A DNA stretch of 64,000 bases from Acidobacteriota bacterium. Lineage in GTDB: Bacteria; Acidobacteriota; UBA890; WLXD01. Positions 17,962 to 29,500 of this stretch are shown here, one piece after another; within the stretch, counting starts at the first letter, position 1; every line of letters starts with the position of its first letter. The position numbers and the translations under genes are program-made. The notes under the pieces were generated by a model that searched no databases, had not been told where the DNA came from, and saw only the letters and a list, made by a program, of their open reading frames with translations. The stretch is taken from contig CBDFKD010000002.1 in the NCBI GenBank assembly GCA_965248695.1, positions 4,896,001 through 4,960,000 of the forward strand. The letters run 5' to 3'.

Positions 17962-19191
17962 ATGAACGCTGAGTCGGAAGCGCTCCAGCAACGCGTGGTG
18001 CTGGTGGTGAGCGGCGGTATCGCTGCGTACAAGGCGTGTGAAGTGGTGCGGCGTCTCCGCGATCACGGCGCCGATGTCCGCGTTGCCATGACCCGTGCGG
18101 CAACTGGCTTCGTCTCGGCGCGGACGTTTGCGGCGCTCTCGGGGAAACGTGTGGTGACGTCGCTGTTCGACGATCCGAGGCCCGAGGAGATCCCGCACGT
18201 CCGCTGGGCCGAGAGCGCCGACCTGGTGTGTGTGGCTCCGGCGACCGCGAGCTTCATCGCCAAGATGGCCCACGGAATCGGTGACGACTTCGCGTCGACG
18301 CTGTTGCTTGCCGCCGCCTCGCCTGTTCTCGTGGCGCCGTCGATGGAAGACGATATGTACCGCCAACCGGCGGTGCAGAGAAACCTGCAACGGCTGCGAG
18401 ACCATGGTGTTCACAGCGTCGGGCCCGACAGCGGAGCTCTGGCGTCAGGGCGTCGGGGGCCAGGACGCATGTCGGAACCAGCCGACATCGTCGCTGCTGC
18501 TGCGGCGTTGCTCGGCGGCGGCACCGCGCGACCCCTGGAGGGGGCGAGCGTGCTGGTCACCGCCGGCCCGACGCGTGAAGCGTTCGACCCCATCCGGGTG
18601 TTCACCAACCGATCCAGCGGCAAGATGGGTTATGCGCTAGCGGTCCAGGCCGCGGCGCTCGGGGCGCAGGTGCACCTCGTCTCGGGCCCAACGTGCCTGC
18701 CTGCCCCGCCCGGGATCACCGTGGAACGGGTGGAAGGCGCCGCACAGATGGCGGCGGCCGTTCTCGGCGCCGCCGGGGACTACGAGATCGTTGTCATGGC
18801 GGCGGCGGTATGTGACTTCACCGTCGCTGCGCCGGTCCCCGAGAAGATCAAGAAAGCCGGGTCAGAGACGCTGCAGATCGAGCTGGTCCGCACGACGGAC
18901 ATTCTCGCCGAGCTTGGCGCGCGCTCCGAACGGCCGCTGCTGGTAGGGTTTGCCGCCGAGACCAACGACCTGGAGTCGGAGGCCCGGAACAAGCTGGATC
19001 GCAAGGGGTGCGATCTCATCGTGGCCAATCTCGTCGATGCGTCCGGACGCGGCATGGAGTCGGATGACAATGAGGTGGTGGTGCTCGACAAGCATGGCGG
19101 TCGAACCGAGATCGGGCCGGCTTCGAAGCGCGAGATCGCCCGATCGATATGGGAGGAGGTTCTTGCTCACCGCGCCGAGAGGGGTACTTGA
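17962..19191 (+). CDS. coaBC: Phosphopantothenoylcysteine decarboxylase/ligase
   Basis: SGGIAAYKA, APATA, TAGPTRE, NRSSGKMG, VGFAAET. Confidence 0.95.
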   Translation: MNAESEALQQRVVLVVSGGIAAYKACEVVRRLRDHGADVRVAMTRAATGFVSARTFAALSGKRVVTSLFDDPRPEEIPHVRWAESADLVCVAPATASFIAKMAHGIGDDFASTLLLAAASPVLVAPSMEDDMYRQPAVQRNLQRLRDHGVHSVGPDSGALASGRRGPGRMSEPADIVAAAAALLGGGTARPLEGASVLVTAGPTREAFDPIRVFTNRSSGKMGYALAVQAAALGAQVHLVSGPTCLPAPPGITVERVEGAAQMAAAVLGAAGDYEIVVMAAAVCDFTVAAPVPEKIKKAGSETLQIELVRTTDILAELGARSERPLLVGFAAETNDLESEARNKLDRKGCDLIVANLVDASGRGMESDDNEVVVLDKHGGRTEIGPASKREIARSIWEEVLAHRAERGT

Positions 19192-19895
19192 CGAACGCCA
19201 ACGACGCAAGGGCTCATCTCGTCACCCATCTGCAACGATTGCAGCGCGACGGGGTCTGGGGATTGGAGATCAAGCCGCGTGGAGCCGGGACGGTACCGGA
19301 TTCGGGCGGTAGCGTGCCGAACGCCGACGCTGATGCGCCGGGTGGCGAGGATTTGGACGCCATTGCCGCCGAGGCGATGACGTGCACCCTGTGCAAGCTG
19401 AGCGAGTGGCGCACGAACGTCGTGTTTGGTGTCGGGGCGCCACGGGCACGACTGATGTTCATCGGCGAGGGGCCGGGTCGTGATGAGGACCTGCAGGGGG
19501 AGCCGTTCGTCGGGCGAGCGGGACAGCTGCTCAACCGCATCATCGCGGCGATGGGGTTGGAGCGTCACGAGGTCTACATCGCCAACACCGTGAAGTGTCG
19601 TCCGCCACGCAATCGAAACCCGGAGCCGGATGAGCTCGAGGCGTGCGGCCCGTTCCTGCGCCGCCAGGTCGAGACGATCCGCCCGGAGATCATCGTGGTT
19701 CTGGGGCGTGTGGCGGCGCAGTCGTTGCTGCAGACGAAAGAGCCCCTCGGCAGGCTACGCGGGCGAGTTCACGAGTGGCTCGGGATTCCCGTAGTCTGCA
19801 CCTACCACCCGGCGTATTTACTTCGGAATCCAGCCGACAAGGGCAAGACGTGGCAGGACGTGCAGGTGGTGATGGAGCGACTCGGAGCGCTGTGA
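19188..19895 (+). CDS. Uracil-DNA glycosylase family 4 ([4Fe-4S])
   Basis: [30 protein letters not shown]; TTG start overlapping the coaBC stop. Confidence 0.9.
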   Translation: MTNANDARAHLVTHLQRLQRDGVWGLEIKPRGAGTVPDSGGSVPNADADAPGGEDLDAIAAEAMTCTLCKLSEWRTNVVFGVGAPRARLMFIGEGPGRDEDLQGEPFVGRAGQLLNRIIAAMGLERHEVYIANTVKCRPPRNRNPEPDELEACGPFLRRQVETIRPEIIVVLGRVAAQSLLQTKEPLGRLRGRVHEWLGIPVVCTYHPAYLLRNPADKGKTWQDVQVVMERLGAL

Positions 19896-19917
19896 GCCTC
19901 GCGTCCCGCGAGCCCGC

Positions 19918-22422
19918 TTGCCAGATCCGGCTCGGCGCGTGATGCTGCAGCCTTCGCTCTATGACGAGGCGGCGCGCTACGCGCTCGTCGCGGTACCGGC
20001 GCCGGTCGACGACCTCTTCTCATACCGGGTCCCGCCGCCGCTCGAGCCGCGGGCAATGCCCGGCATGCGTGTGAGCGTGCGTTTCGGCGGCCGTAATCTC
20101 CAGGGCGTGATCGTCGAAACCGTCGACGAACCGCCGGCCGGCGTCGACCCACGGCGCGTGCGTGCGGTGGATGACTGTCTCGACCGAGACGCTGCCCTCG
20201 GCCCGGTCATGCTGGCGTTGATCCAGCAGATCGCTTCGGCCTATCTCGCTGGCCCCGGAGAGGTGGCGCAGCTGGCCTTGCCGCCGGGTCCCAGGGATCC
20301 GGCAGCAGCGCGTCAGGTGCGGCTCACGTCGTCGTCGTCGGGCGTCGAGCGGTTGTCCGAAGCGGCGCGCTCGGTGCTCGAGGCGGCTCGCGGGGCCGGT
20401 GCTACGAGTCGCTGGGTAACGGCGTCGGCCATCCGGCGTCGGATCGGCAAGCAACCGTTGCACGCCGCCCTGTATGAGCTCAGCGCCGCAGATCTCGCCG
20501 AGGTACGCGATGAGTGGGGTGGGGGCGAGCCCGGGGCACACCGGCTCGTGGCGCGACTCTGCGACGCCGTCGATGCTGCGGTCGCCCGTGAGGCGACGCG
20601 CCGCGCGCCGGTACAGCGACGCGCGTTGGAGGCGCTGCTGCAGGCTCCATCACGTGAAGCTGACGCAGCGGTGCTGTCGCGCCGTCTCGGCGTGGCGCAC
20701 TCGGTGCTATCAGCCCTCGAGCGCAAGCAATTAGTACAGCTCGATCGACGACCGGTCGAGGAGGCTGGCACCTGGGAGCTGGGAGCCAGCGGGGCCGGCG
20801 AGTTCGTGTTGACCGCCGATCAAGAGTGCGCCCTACGCGAGGTGAAGCGCGCCATAGACGAGCGTGTCCGGCCCCCGGCCCTGTTGCACGGGGTAACCGG
20901 CAGCGGCAAGACCGAAGTCTACCTGCGTGGGGCGGCGCACGCGCTGCGCGCCGGGCGCTCGGCGCTTCTGCTGGTTCCGGAGATCGGACTCACGCCACAG
21001 CTGGAGGAGCGCGCCCGGGCGGTGCTCGGGGATCGTGTTTCCGTGCTCCATTCCGGCATGGCCGACGGCGCCCGTGCGCGCTCCTGGTGGCGTGTCCGGC
21101 GCGGCGACGCGCGCGTCGTCGTGGGACCGCGATCGGCGGTGTTTGCGCCGCTCGCCGATGTCGGGCTCATCGTCATCGACGAAGAGCAGGACAGCGCCTA
21201 CAAACAGGAGGAGCGGCCACGCTACAACGGCCGTGACGTGGCCCGCTGGCGCGCCCGTCTGGAGGGTGCGGCGGTGGTGATGGGCTCAGCGACCCCGGCG
21301 GTCGAGAGCTACAGGAAGGCGTCGTCGGCGGAGTGGGGGCTGTTGCGCCTGCCGTCGCGGGTCCGTCTCCAGCCGATGCCCGAGGTTCGTGTCGTCGACA
21401 TGCGCCGCGAATGGAAGCAGAGCGGGCGCAGCCTTGTTTCGCGCGCGCTCGAGGACAGCATTGCCGCCCGCCTGGAGCGCCGCGAGCAGGCGCTGATCCT
21501 CTTGAACCGGCGTGGTTTCGCCCCCGTGCTGCTGTGTCGCGCGTGCGGCCAACGCGTCGAGTGTCCGCACTGTGCCGTGACGCTGACCGTGCACCGAGCC
21601 GACCGCACGCTGCGTTGCCACTACTGTGACCACCGGACGCCTGTACCCGGCGTCTGCGATGCCTGCGGGGCGACGGTACTGCACGACGTGGGGCATGGCA
21701 CCGAGCGCTTGCAAGCAGCGCTGCGGCAACGGTTTCCGGGTGCCCGCATCGAGCGTTTCGACGCCGACCAGACGCAACGGCGGGGAGCACATGGGCGCAT
21801 CCTGTCGCGCTTCGGGAAGGCCGATATCGACGTGCTCGTGGGCACACAGATGTTGGCTAAGGGGCACGACTTCCCCGGTGTCACCCTGGTGGGGGTGGTC
21901 GGGGCCGATACTGCCCTCTCGATGCCCGATTTCCGTGCTGCCGAGCGTACGTTCCAGCTGCTGACGCAAATGGCGGGGCGCGCCGGCCGGGGCGACGTTG
22001 CCGGTGAGGTGCTACTGCAGGCTCATCAGCCCGATCACTACGCCATCGAGTCTGCGACGCAGCACGATTTCGTGGCGTTCTACGAGCGCGAGATCGAGTA
22101 TCGGCGCCGATTGCGGTATCCGCCCTTCGTGGCGCTTGCGACCTGCGTCTGCAGGGGTAAGCTGGCGGCTTCGGTGAAAGAGGAGGCAGATCGGTTTGCG
22201 GGCGCGTTGCGGGCCGAGGCGGGGGAGGGGATCGAGGTGCTGGGCCCGGCCTCGCCAGCGCTTGCGCGGTTGCGTGGGAAGTATCGCGTGCAGCTGTTGC
22301 TGAAAGCCTCGTCGCGCGCCGACCTCGGCGATCACTTGCGACGCTCGATGCAGCGCCTGCGTCAACAACGCCAGCTGCCACGGGATCTGGTGATCGACAT
22401 CGACCCACAGAACCTCTTGTGA
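19918..22422 (+). CDS. priA: Primosomal protein N' (replication restart helicase)
   Basis: GVTGSGKTEVY, PEIGLTPQ, DEEQ, four CxxC pairs, GTQMLAKGHDFP, QMAGRAGR; start may be ATG 19942. Confidence 0.95.
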   Translation: MPDPARRVMLQPSLYDEAARYALVAVPAPVDDLFSYRVPPPLEPRAMPGMRVSVRFGGRNLQGVIVETVDEPPAGVDPRRVRAVDDCLDRDAALGPVMLALIQQIASAYLAGPGEVAQLALPPGPRDPAAARQVRLTSSSSGVERLSEAARSVLEAARGAGATSRWVTASAIRRRIGKQPLHAALYELSAADLAEVRDEWGGGEPGAHRLVARLCDAVDAAVAREATRRAPVQRRALEALLQAPSREADAAVLSRRLGVAHSVLSALERKQLVQLDRRPVEEAGTWELGASGAGEFVLTADQECALREVKRAIDERVRPPALLHGVTGSGKTEVYLRGAAHALRAGRSALLLVPEIGLTPQLEERARAVLGDRVSVLHSGMADGARARSWWRVRRGDARVVVGPRSAVFAPLADVGLIVIDEEQDSAYKQEERPRYNGRDVARWRARLEGAAVVMGSATPAVESYRKASSAEWGLLRLPSRVRLQPMPEVRVVDMRREWKQSGRSLVSRALEDSIAARLERREQALILLNRRGFAPVLLCRACGQRVECPHCAVTLTVHRADRTLRCHYCDHRTPVPGVCDACGATVLHDVGHGTERLQAALRQRFPGARIERFDADQTQRRGAHGRILSRFGKADIDVLVGTQMLAKGHDFPGVTLVGVVGADTALSMPDFRAAERTFQLLTQMAGRAGRGDVAGEVLLQAHQPDHYAIESATQHDFVAFYEREIEYRRRLRYPPFVALATCVCRGKLAASVKEEADRFAGALRAEAGEGIEVLGPASPALARLRGKYRVQLLLKASSRADLGDHLRRSMQRLRQQRQLPRDLVIDIDPQNLL

Positions 22423-22449
22423 GCAGCACCTAAACGGGACGGAGCCTGT

Positions 22450-24969
22450 ATGGACACACGAACCGATTCTGTGGCGCTACCGGCTCGCAGGATCGCCCTG
22501 GCAACGATCCTCCTCGGCTCGGTGGCTGCCGTCGCCTCGGCGCAGCAGTCGCAGCCGCCTACGGCCGAGGACGAGCTCGCGCCGGTGCGGGCGATTCATA
22601 CCACGTTGCGAGACAGGTTGGCGGCCGCCGCACCGTTGCTCGACGTCGACTTGATCATGGAAGGGGCCGACTTCAGCGGCACCACGCCGACGGGAGTTCG
22701 CTGGGACGGCCGCGGCGAGCGCCTCTGGTTCCAGTGGAAGCGCTGGGACGAGCCGGAAAGCGGAACCTGGGAGTATCGGCTGTCGGATCGATCGCTCCGC
22801 CGGCTCGATGAGGCGGCGGCCGAAGACGTGCCGGGGCGCAATTCCGTATGGGACGCGGACCGTCGCCGCGCGATGTGGGAGGTTCGCGATTCGATCCGCC
22901 TTTACGACGCCGAGTCGGGTAGCGTCCGCACGCTGCTCGATGGCATCGACGGGGCCCGTCCGGTGGCCTTTGCGCGCGGCTCCAGGAGTGGCGTCGTGCG
23001 CTGGCAGAACAATCTTCTGTCGATCGAGCTCGCCGATCCGGGCGACGCGCCGGTGGTGCGACGCCTTACGGACGTCCGCGCGGGCAAGGCCCCGGAGCAA
23101 GCGCCTCCGACAGGCAGCCAGCGCTGGTTGCGCGAGCAGCAGCTGGCGCTCTTCGATGTGCTCCATCGACGAGAGGCACGCAGCGAGCGTCGCCGCGAAC
23201 GGAGCGATCTGTTGCAGCCCGCACCCCTCTACCTGGACGGATGGCGGATCGACGCGCTGGTGCCGTCGCCGGATCTGAGCTGGGTTGCCGTGCTGCAGCG
23301 ACAGGAGGCCACGTCGGACGAGGTGGCCGACGTGCCGGACTACGTCACCACCAGCGGATACACGGAGGAGCTTCACAGTCGCATCAAGGTCGGGGATGAT
23401 CTCGGCAGTCGGCGCCTCGGGCTGCTCGAAGTAGCCACCGGAACGGTGGGTTGGGCCGAAGTGGACCTCGAGGACCGTGATCTGGCGTACAGCGGCGTCC
23501 GCTGGAGCGAGAATTCCCGCCGGGCCCTCGTCCAGGCTCGCGCCACCGACAACAAGGATCGTTGGCTGGCGGTGCTCACCCCGGCACTGACGGACGGCGC
23601 CGACAGCGGCGATTCCGCGCCCGCCAACGACCGATCGGCCGCCGAGTCTGAGCCCGCGAGCGACCGATCCGCCGACGACGGTGAGGCGGAGTCCGACAAC
23701 CGGCGGTCCGTAGTGATCGACGTCGTCCTGGCGACGCACGATCACGACGATGCGTGGATCAACTGGAGCGTTGCGGGCGCCTATGGTTGGCTGCCGGGAG
23801 ACGAGGACTTCTACTTCGTCTCGGAGCGCTCCGGGTACATGCACCTGTATCGCGCCGCGGCCTCCGGCGGCGATCCTGCGGCGCTCACCAGCGGCGAGTA
23901 CGAGGTCTTCTCTCCGCGCCTGACGCCGGCGCGCGACGCCCTGGTATTCGAGGCGTCGATACAGAGCCCGTTCGAGGTCCATGCGTATCGACTGGGGCTC
24001 GACGGCGGCGACGCGGCGCAGATCAGCGCCGGGCACGGTCGCGAGAACGTCGTGCTGAGTCGCGATGGTCGCAGCTTTGCCGCAGTGGCGTCGAGATCCA
24101 ACCGTCCTTGGGAGCTCTATGTGCACGACGGCGGCGATGCGGCCGCGGGCGAACGCGTCACCCGGTCAGCAAGCCCGGCGTTCGACTCCTACGATTGGAT
24201 CGAGCCGGAGATCGTCCATTTCGAGGCGCGCGACGGGGTCGATGTCCCGGCTCGGCTGTACCGTCCGGTCGGCGAAGCGACGAACCGGCCGGCGGTGATT
24301 TTCGTGCACGGCGCCGGCTACCTGCACAACGTCCATCGCTGGTGGTCATCGTACTCGCGCGAGTACGCCTTCCATCATCTACTGGCGGAGCGCGGCTACA
24401 CGGTGCTCGACATTGATTACCGCGGCTCGGCAGGCTACGGACGTGACTGGCGCACAGCCATCTACAGGTACATGGGAGGCAAGGATCTCGACGACCAGGT
24501 GGATGGGGCGCGTTACTTGACCCGGGAGCATGGCGTGGATCCGGAGCGCATCGGGATCTACGGAGGCTCATACGGTGGCTTCATCACCCTGATGGCGCTG
24601 TTTACCGCGGCCGAGGACTTCGCCGCCGGCGCGGCGCTGCGCCCGGTCACCGACTGGGCCCACTACAACCATCCGTATACCAGCAACATCCTCAACTTAC
24701 CGCAGTCCGACGCCGAGTCCTACTGGCGCTCGTCACCCATATACTTCGCCGAGGGGCTCGATGATCCGTTGCTGATCTGTCACGGAGTCATCGACACGAA
24801 TGTGCATTTCCAGGGGGTGGTGCGGCTGGCACAGCGGCTCATCGAGTTGCGTAAGGAGAACTGGGAGGTGGCCTTGTACCCGGTCGAGAGTCACGGGTTC
24901 GTCGAGGCGGCCTCCTGGGCCGATGAGTACCGCCGTATTCTGAAGCTCTTCGAGGACAACCTGAGGTGA
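22450..24969 (+). CDS. Secreted S9 family (prolyl oligopeptidase/dipeptidyl peptidase IV-like) peptidase
   Basis: Signal peptide, VHGAGY, DYRGSAGYG, nucleophile GGSYGG, HGVIDTNV (Asp), ESHGF (His). Confidence 0.9.
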   Translation: MDTRTDSVALPARRIALATILLGSVAAVASAQQSQPPTAEDELAPVRAIHTTLRDRLAAAAPLLDVDLIMEGADFSGTTPTGVRWDGRGERLWFQWKRWDEPESGTWEYRLSDRSLRRLDEAAAEDVPGRNSVWDADRRRAMWEVRDSIRLYDAESGSVRTLLDGIDGARPVAFARGSRSGVVRWQNNLLSIELADPGDAPVVRRLTDVRAGKAPEQAPPTGSQRWLREQQLALFDVLHRREARSERRRERSDLLQPAPLYLDGWRIDALVPSPDLSWVAVLQRQEATSDEVADVPDYVTTSGYTEELHSRIKVGDDLGSRRLGLLEVATGTVGWAEVDLEDRDLAYSGVRWSENSRRALVQARATDNKDRWLAVLTPALTDGADSGDSAPANDRSAAESEPASDRSADDGEAESDNRRSVVIDVVLATHDHDDAWINWSVAGAYGWLPGDEDFYFVSERSGYMHLYRAAASGGDPAALTSGEYEVFSPRLTPARDALVFEASIQSPFEVHAYRLGLDGGDAAQISAGHGRENVVLSRDGRSFAAVASRSNRPWELYVHDGGDAAAGERVTRSASPAFDSYDWIEPEIVHFEARDGVDVPARLYRPVGEATNRPAVIFVHGAGYLHNVHRWWSSYSREYAFHHLLAERGYTVLDIDYRGSAGYGRDWRTAIYRYMGGKDLDDQVDGARYLTREHGVDPERIGIYGGSYGGFITLMALFTAAEDFAAGAALRPVTDWAHYNHPYTSNILNLPQSDAESYWRSSPIYFAEGLDDPLLICHGVIDTNVHFQGVVRLAQRLIELRKENWEVALYPVESHGFVEAASWADEYRRILKLFEDNLR

Positions 24970-26519
24970 ACAGACAGCGCATCCTGATACTGGATTTCGG
25001 CGGCCAGTACACTCAGCTCATCGCCCGTCGCGTCCGCGAAGCCGGCGTGTATTCGGAGATCCTGCCGTTTCATGCGTCTCCGGAGATCCTCGCCGCGGCA
25101 CCGCCAGCCGGTGTGGTGCTGTCGGGCGGACCGGAGTCCGTTGCCGACGTCGACGCTCCTCGCTGCGATCGCGCCTGGCTCGAGGCCGAGGTTCCGGTGC
25201 TGGGGATCTGCTACGGCATGCAGCTGCTGGTCAGCGAGCTCGGGGGCGCTGTGGAGCCGTCAACGTGGCGCGAGTACGGTCGTTCGAGCGTCGATCTCGA
25301 GGACGGCGCTTCCCGCTTGCTCGCCGGCTGGTCAAGCGGCGATCCGGTGTGGATGAGCCACGGCGACACGGCGCGCGACCTTCCGGGAGGCTACCGGGTC
25401 ACGGCGCGCTCCGACGGGGTGATCGCCGCGATCGAGAATGACGATGCACGACGGTGTGACATCCAGTTCCACCCCGAGGTTCACCACACGCCGCGTGGGG
25501 CGAAGCTGCTGGGCAACTTCGTGTTCGACATCTGCGGTTGCGAGCCGAGCTGGACACCCGAGGGTCTCGTGGATGAGCTCGTGGCGAGCGTGCGCGCCAA
25601 GGTTGGCGACGGCAACGTGCTGTGCGCCGTGTCGGGCGGCGTCGACTCGGCGGTCACCGCGGTGCTGTTGCGGCGCGCTCTGGGCGATCGTGTGGCTTGC
25701 GTGATGGTCGACACCGGTTTGCTGCGGTCAGGGGAGCGTGAGGCCCTGGAGCGATTGTTCGCGGAACGGCTGGACTTTCCGGTCCACGTGGTCGACGCTA
25801 AGCGCCGCTTTCTGGGCGCGCTTGCGGGCGTCGACGATCCCGAGACGAAGCGCAAGATCATCGGTCGCGAGTTCATCGAGGTCTTTGCCCACGAGGCCGA
25901 GCGGCTGGCGCGAGCCCGCGGACAGCGTTTCGAGTTCCTCGCTCAGGGGACGCTTTATCCTGATGTGATCGAGAGTGTCTCGGTACGTGGGCCGTCGGTG
26001 ACGATCAAGAGCCACCACAACGTGGGCGGGCTTCCCGACCACCTGCCGATGGATCTGATCGAGCCGCTCAGGGAACTCTTCAAAGACGAGGTGCGGAGGC
26101 TCGGAACCGAGCTCGGTCTCGACGACGAGTTCGTACAGCGCCATCCGTTCCCCGGGCCGGGACTTGCGGTAAGGGTGCTCGGCCCCGTCGATGAAGAGAG
26201 ACTCGAGCGTGCTCGTGGCGCCGACGCCATCTTCATCGAAGAGATTCACCGCGCGCAGCTGTACGGCGATATCTGGCAAGCATTCGCCGTGTTGCTGCCG
26301 GTGCGTACGGTAGGCGTGATGGGGGATGCGCGCACGTACGATGAGGTCATCGCGCTGCGGGCGGTCCACTCCGTCGACGGGATGACGGCGGACTGGGTTC
26401 CGCTGCCGGACGAGTTGTTGCAGCGAGCCGGGGCACGCATCGTGAACGAGGTTGCCGGTGTCAACCGCGTCGTCTACGACATCTCCACCAAGCCCCCGGC
26501 AACGATCGAATGGGAGTAG
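24966..26519 (+). CDS. guaA: GMP synthase (glutamine-hydrolysing)
   Basis: LDFGGQYTQLIARR, GICYGMQ, QFHPEV, SGGVDS, IKSHHNVGG, KPPATIEWE. Confidence 0.97.
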   Translation: MNRQRILILDFGGQYTQLIARRVREAGVYSEILPFHASPEILAAAPPAGVVLSGGPESVADVDAPRCDRAWLEAEVPVLGICYGMQLLVSELGGAVEPSTWREYGRSSVDLEDGASRLLAGWSSGDPVWMSHGDTARDLPGGYRVTARSDGVIAAIENDDARRCDIQFHPEVHHTPRGAKLLGNFVFDICGCEPSWTPEGLVDELVASVRAKVGDGNVLCAVSGGVDSAVTAVLLRRALGDRVACVMVDTGLLRSGEREALERLFAERLDFPVHVVDAKRRFLGALAGVDDPETKRKIIGREFIEVFAHEAERLARARGQRFEFLAQGTLYPDVIESVSVRGPSVTIKSHHNVGGLPDHLPMDLIEPLRELFKDEVRRLGTELGLDDEFVQRHPFPGPGLAVRVLGPVDEERLERARGADAIFIEEIHRAQLYGDIWQAFAVLLPVRTVGVMGDARTYDEVIALRAVHSVDGMTADWVPLPDELLQRAGARIVNEVAGVNRVVYDISTKPPATIEWE

Positions 26520-26532
26520 TGGGGAGTCGCAC

Positions 26533-29500
26533 ATGAGCCGCGACCTGTCGCAGCCGTCGTTCGTGCACCTGCACAACCACACCAACTTCTCCCTGCTCGA
26601 TGGTGCGACTCGTATCAATGACCTGATGCTGCGCTGTCGCGAGCTGGGGATGCACGCGGTGGCGTTGACCGATCACGGCAACATGTTCGGGGCGATCCAG
26701 TTCTATCGTCAGGCCATCGCCAACGACCTCAAGCCGATCCTCGGCATGGAGGCCTACCTGGCGCCAGCATCACGTTTCGATCGCACCGCGCGCCGTGCCG
26801 GAGAGTCGGCCTATCACCAGGTGCTCCTGGCCAGGAACAGCGTCGGGTACCGCAACCTGATGAAGCTGGCGAGCATCGGCTACCTGGAGGGGTTCTACTA
26901 TCGGCCTCGCATCGACCGGGAGACGCTCGCGCTGCACGCGGACGGCCTCATCGGAACGACGAGTTGCCTGTCGGGGGAGGTCTGCCGACTGCTGCTCAAC
27001 GGCGACACCGTCGGCGCCCGCCGGGCCGTGGGGGAGATGATCGAGATCTTCGGTCGCGGCAACTACTACGTCGAGCTTCAGGATCAAGGACTCGACGAGC
27101 AGCGACGCATCAATCCGGATCTGGTGCGACTTGCTGGCGAGTTCGACATTCCCCTGGTGGCAACGAACGACTGCCATTACCTGCGGCAGCAGGATTCCGG
27201 TCCGCACGACGTCCTTCTGTGTATCCAGACAGGTAAGGGAATCGGCGACCCCAACCGCATGAAGTTCCCCAACGACCAGTTCTACGTAAAGTCTCCAGAG
27301 GAGATGGCCAAGGTGTTCGCGGAAGTGCCCGCGGCGCTCGCCACCACCACCGAGATCGCCGATCGCTGTGACCTCGAGATCGACTTCGGCGCCACCCACC
27401 TGCCGGCCTTCCCGGTTCCCGAGGGCCGAACGCTCGACGGCTATTTCGACGAGGTAGTCAAGGGAGGCTTCGAAGAGCGCATGCGCGGTGTGCGCCAGGC
27501 CAACGGTGGCGCACCGTTCGATGAGTACGAGCGCCGTCTCGAGTTCGAGATGTCGGTGATTCGTGAGATGGGGTTCCCGGGCTACTTCCTGATCGTGTGG
27601 GATTTCATCCGCTTCGCTCGTGAGCGCGGCATTCCCGTCGGCCCCGGCCGCGGTAGTGCCGCCGGGAGCCTGGTCGCCTATGCGCTCGGGATCACGGATA
27701 TCGACCCGCTCACCTACGGTCTGGTGTTCGAACGCTTCCTTAACCCCGAACGCATCAGCATGCCGGACATCGATATCGACTTCTGCATGCGTCGCCGTGG
27801 CGAGGTGATCGAGTACGTCGCCAACAAGTACGGCCGCGATCGGGTGGCGCACATCATCACCTTCGGAACCATGGCCGCCAAGGCCGCCATACGCGACGTC
27901 GGACGCGCCCTCGAGATGTCCTTCGGCGACGTCGACCGTATCGCCAAGATGATCCCGGCCGAGCTCGACGCAACCATTGCCGGTGCCCGGAGCAGCGAAG
28001 AGTCGCTGCGCGACGCGATCGACCAGGACCCGCAGGTGGAGCGCCTGGTAGGTCTTGCGGCGGAGCTCGAGGGGCAGGTGCGGCATGCTTCGACGCACGC
28101 CGCGGGCGTGGTGATCGCGGACGAGCCGCTGACGAACTACGTGCCGTTGTACAAACCGCCGACCGGTCAGGGGTCCGACCAAGATCATTTCGTCGCCACG
28201 CAGTATCCGATGAACGACGTCGACTCCATCGGTCTGCTGAAGATGGATTTTCTCGGGCTGCGGACGCTGACGCTCGTACACGATTGCCTGGCCACGATCT
28301 CAGCCGAGCTCGAGCGCCCGTTCACGACCGCCGATATCCCTCTCGATGATCAGCCCACATACCGACTGTTCTCACAGGGGGCGACGTCGGGCATCTTCCA
28401 GTTCGAGTCGTCGGGGATGCGCGATGCGCTGCGACGACTGAAGCCAACGCGGCTGGACGACCTCATCGCGATGAATGCGCTGTACCGTCCCGGTCCGATC
28501 CGTTCCGGCATCGTTGACGAGTACATCGGACGAAAGCACGACCACTCGCGCATCAAGTACGTGCGCGCCGAGCTCGAGCCGGTGCTCGAGGACACCTACG
28601 GCGTCATCGTCTATCAGGAACAGGTGATGAGGATCGCCTCGGACATGGCGGGGTTCTCGCTCGGCGAGGCGGATGTGCTGCGCAAAGCGATGGGCAAGAA
28701 GAGCCCGGAGGTGATGGCGTCGATGGAGGAGAAGTTCCTCCACGGTAGCGAGTCCAAAGGAATCCCCGCCAATACCGCCAAGCCGATCTGGGACATGATC
28801 GTCGAGTTCGCCGGCTACGGCTTCAACAAGTCGCACTCGGCCGCGTACGCCCTGCTCGCGTACCAGACGGCCTACCTCAAGACCAACTACCCCATCCACT
28901 TCATGGCTGCCCTACTGACCACCGAGCAGGGCAACACCGACAAGGTCGTGCAGTACATCAACGAGTGCCGCGGCATGAACGTTCCCGTATTGCCCCCCGA
29001 CGTCAACGAGAGCGCCGTACACTTCACTCCAGCCGGTGAGTCGATTCGCTTCGGGCTGGCGGCGATAAAGGGCGTCGGCGAGGGGGCGGTCGAGGCGATC
29101 ATCGAGGCGCGCGAGCGTGTCGGAGCCTACCGGCACCTGCTGCAGTTCTGCGAGGAGGTGCAGCTGAGCGGCGGCATCAATCGCAAGACCATCGAGAGCC
29201 TGATCAAGGCTGGCGCCATGGACGCTCTCGTGGGTGACGGGCAACTCGACGCTGGCGTCGCCCGTGCCATGTTGGACGCTCAGCTGGAGGGTTCGCTTGC
29301 CGCTGGGCAGAAGCTGCAACGCGACCGCGCGGCGGGACAGGGCAGCCTGTTCGCCGGCGGCAGCGAGCGCACCGATCAGGAGCTCCACGTGCCGCTGCCG
29401 GCACCGCCTGAGCCGTGGTCGGAGCGCCAGGTCCTGAACGCCGAGCGCGAATCGCTGGGCTACTACGTCACCGGACATCCGTTGCAGCGCTGCGCCGCCG

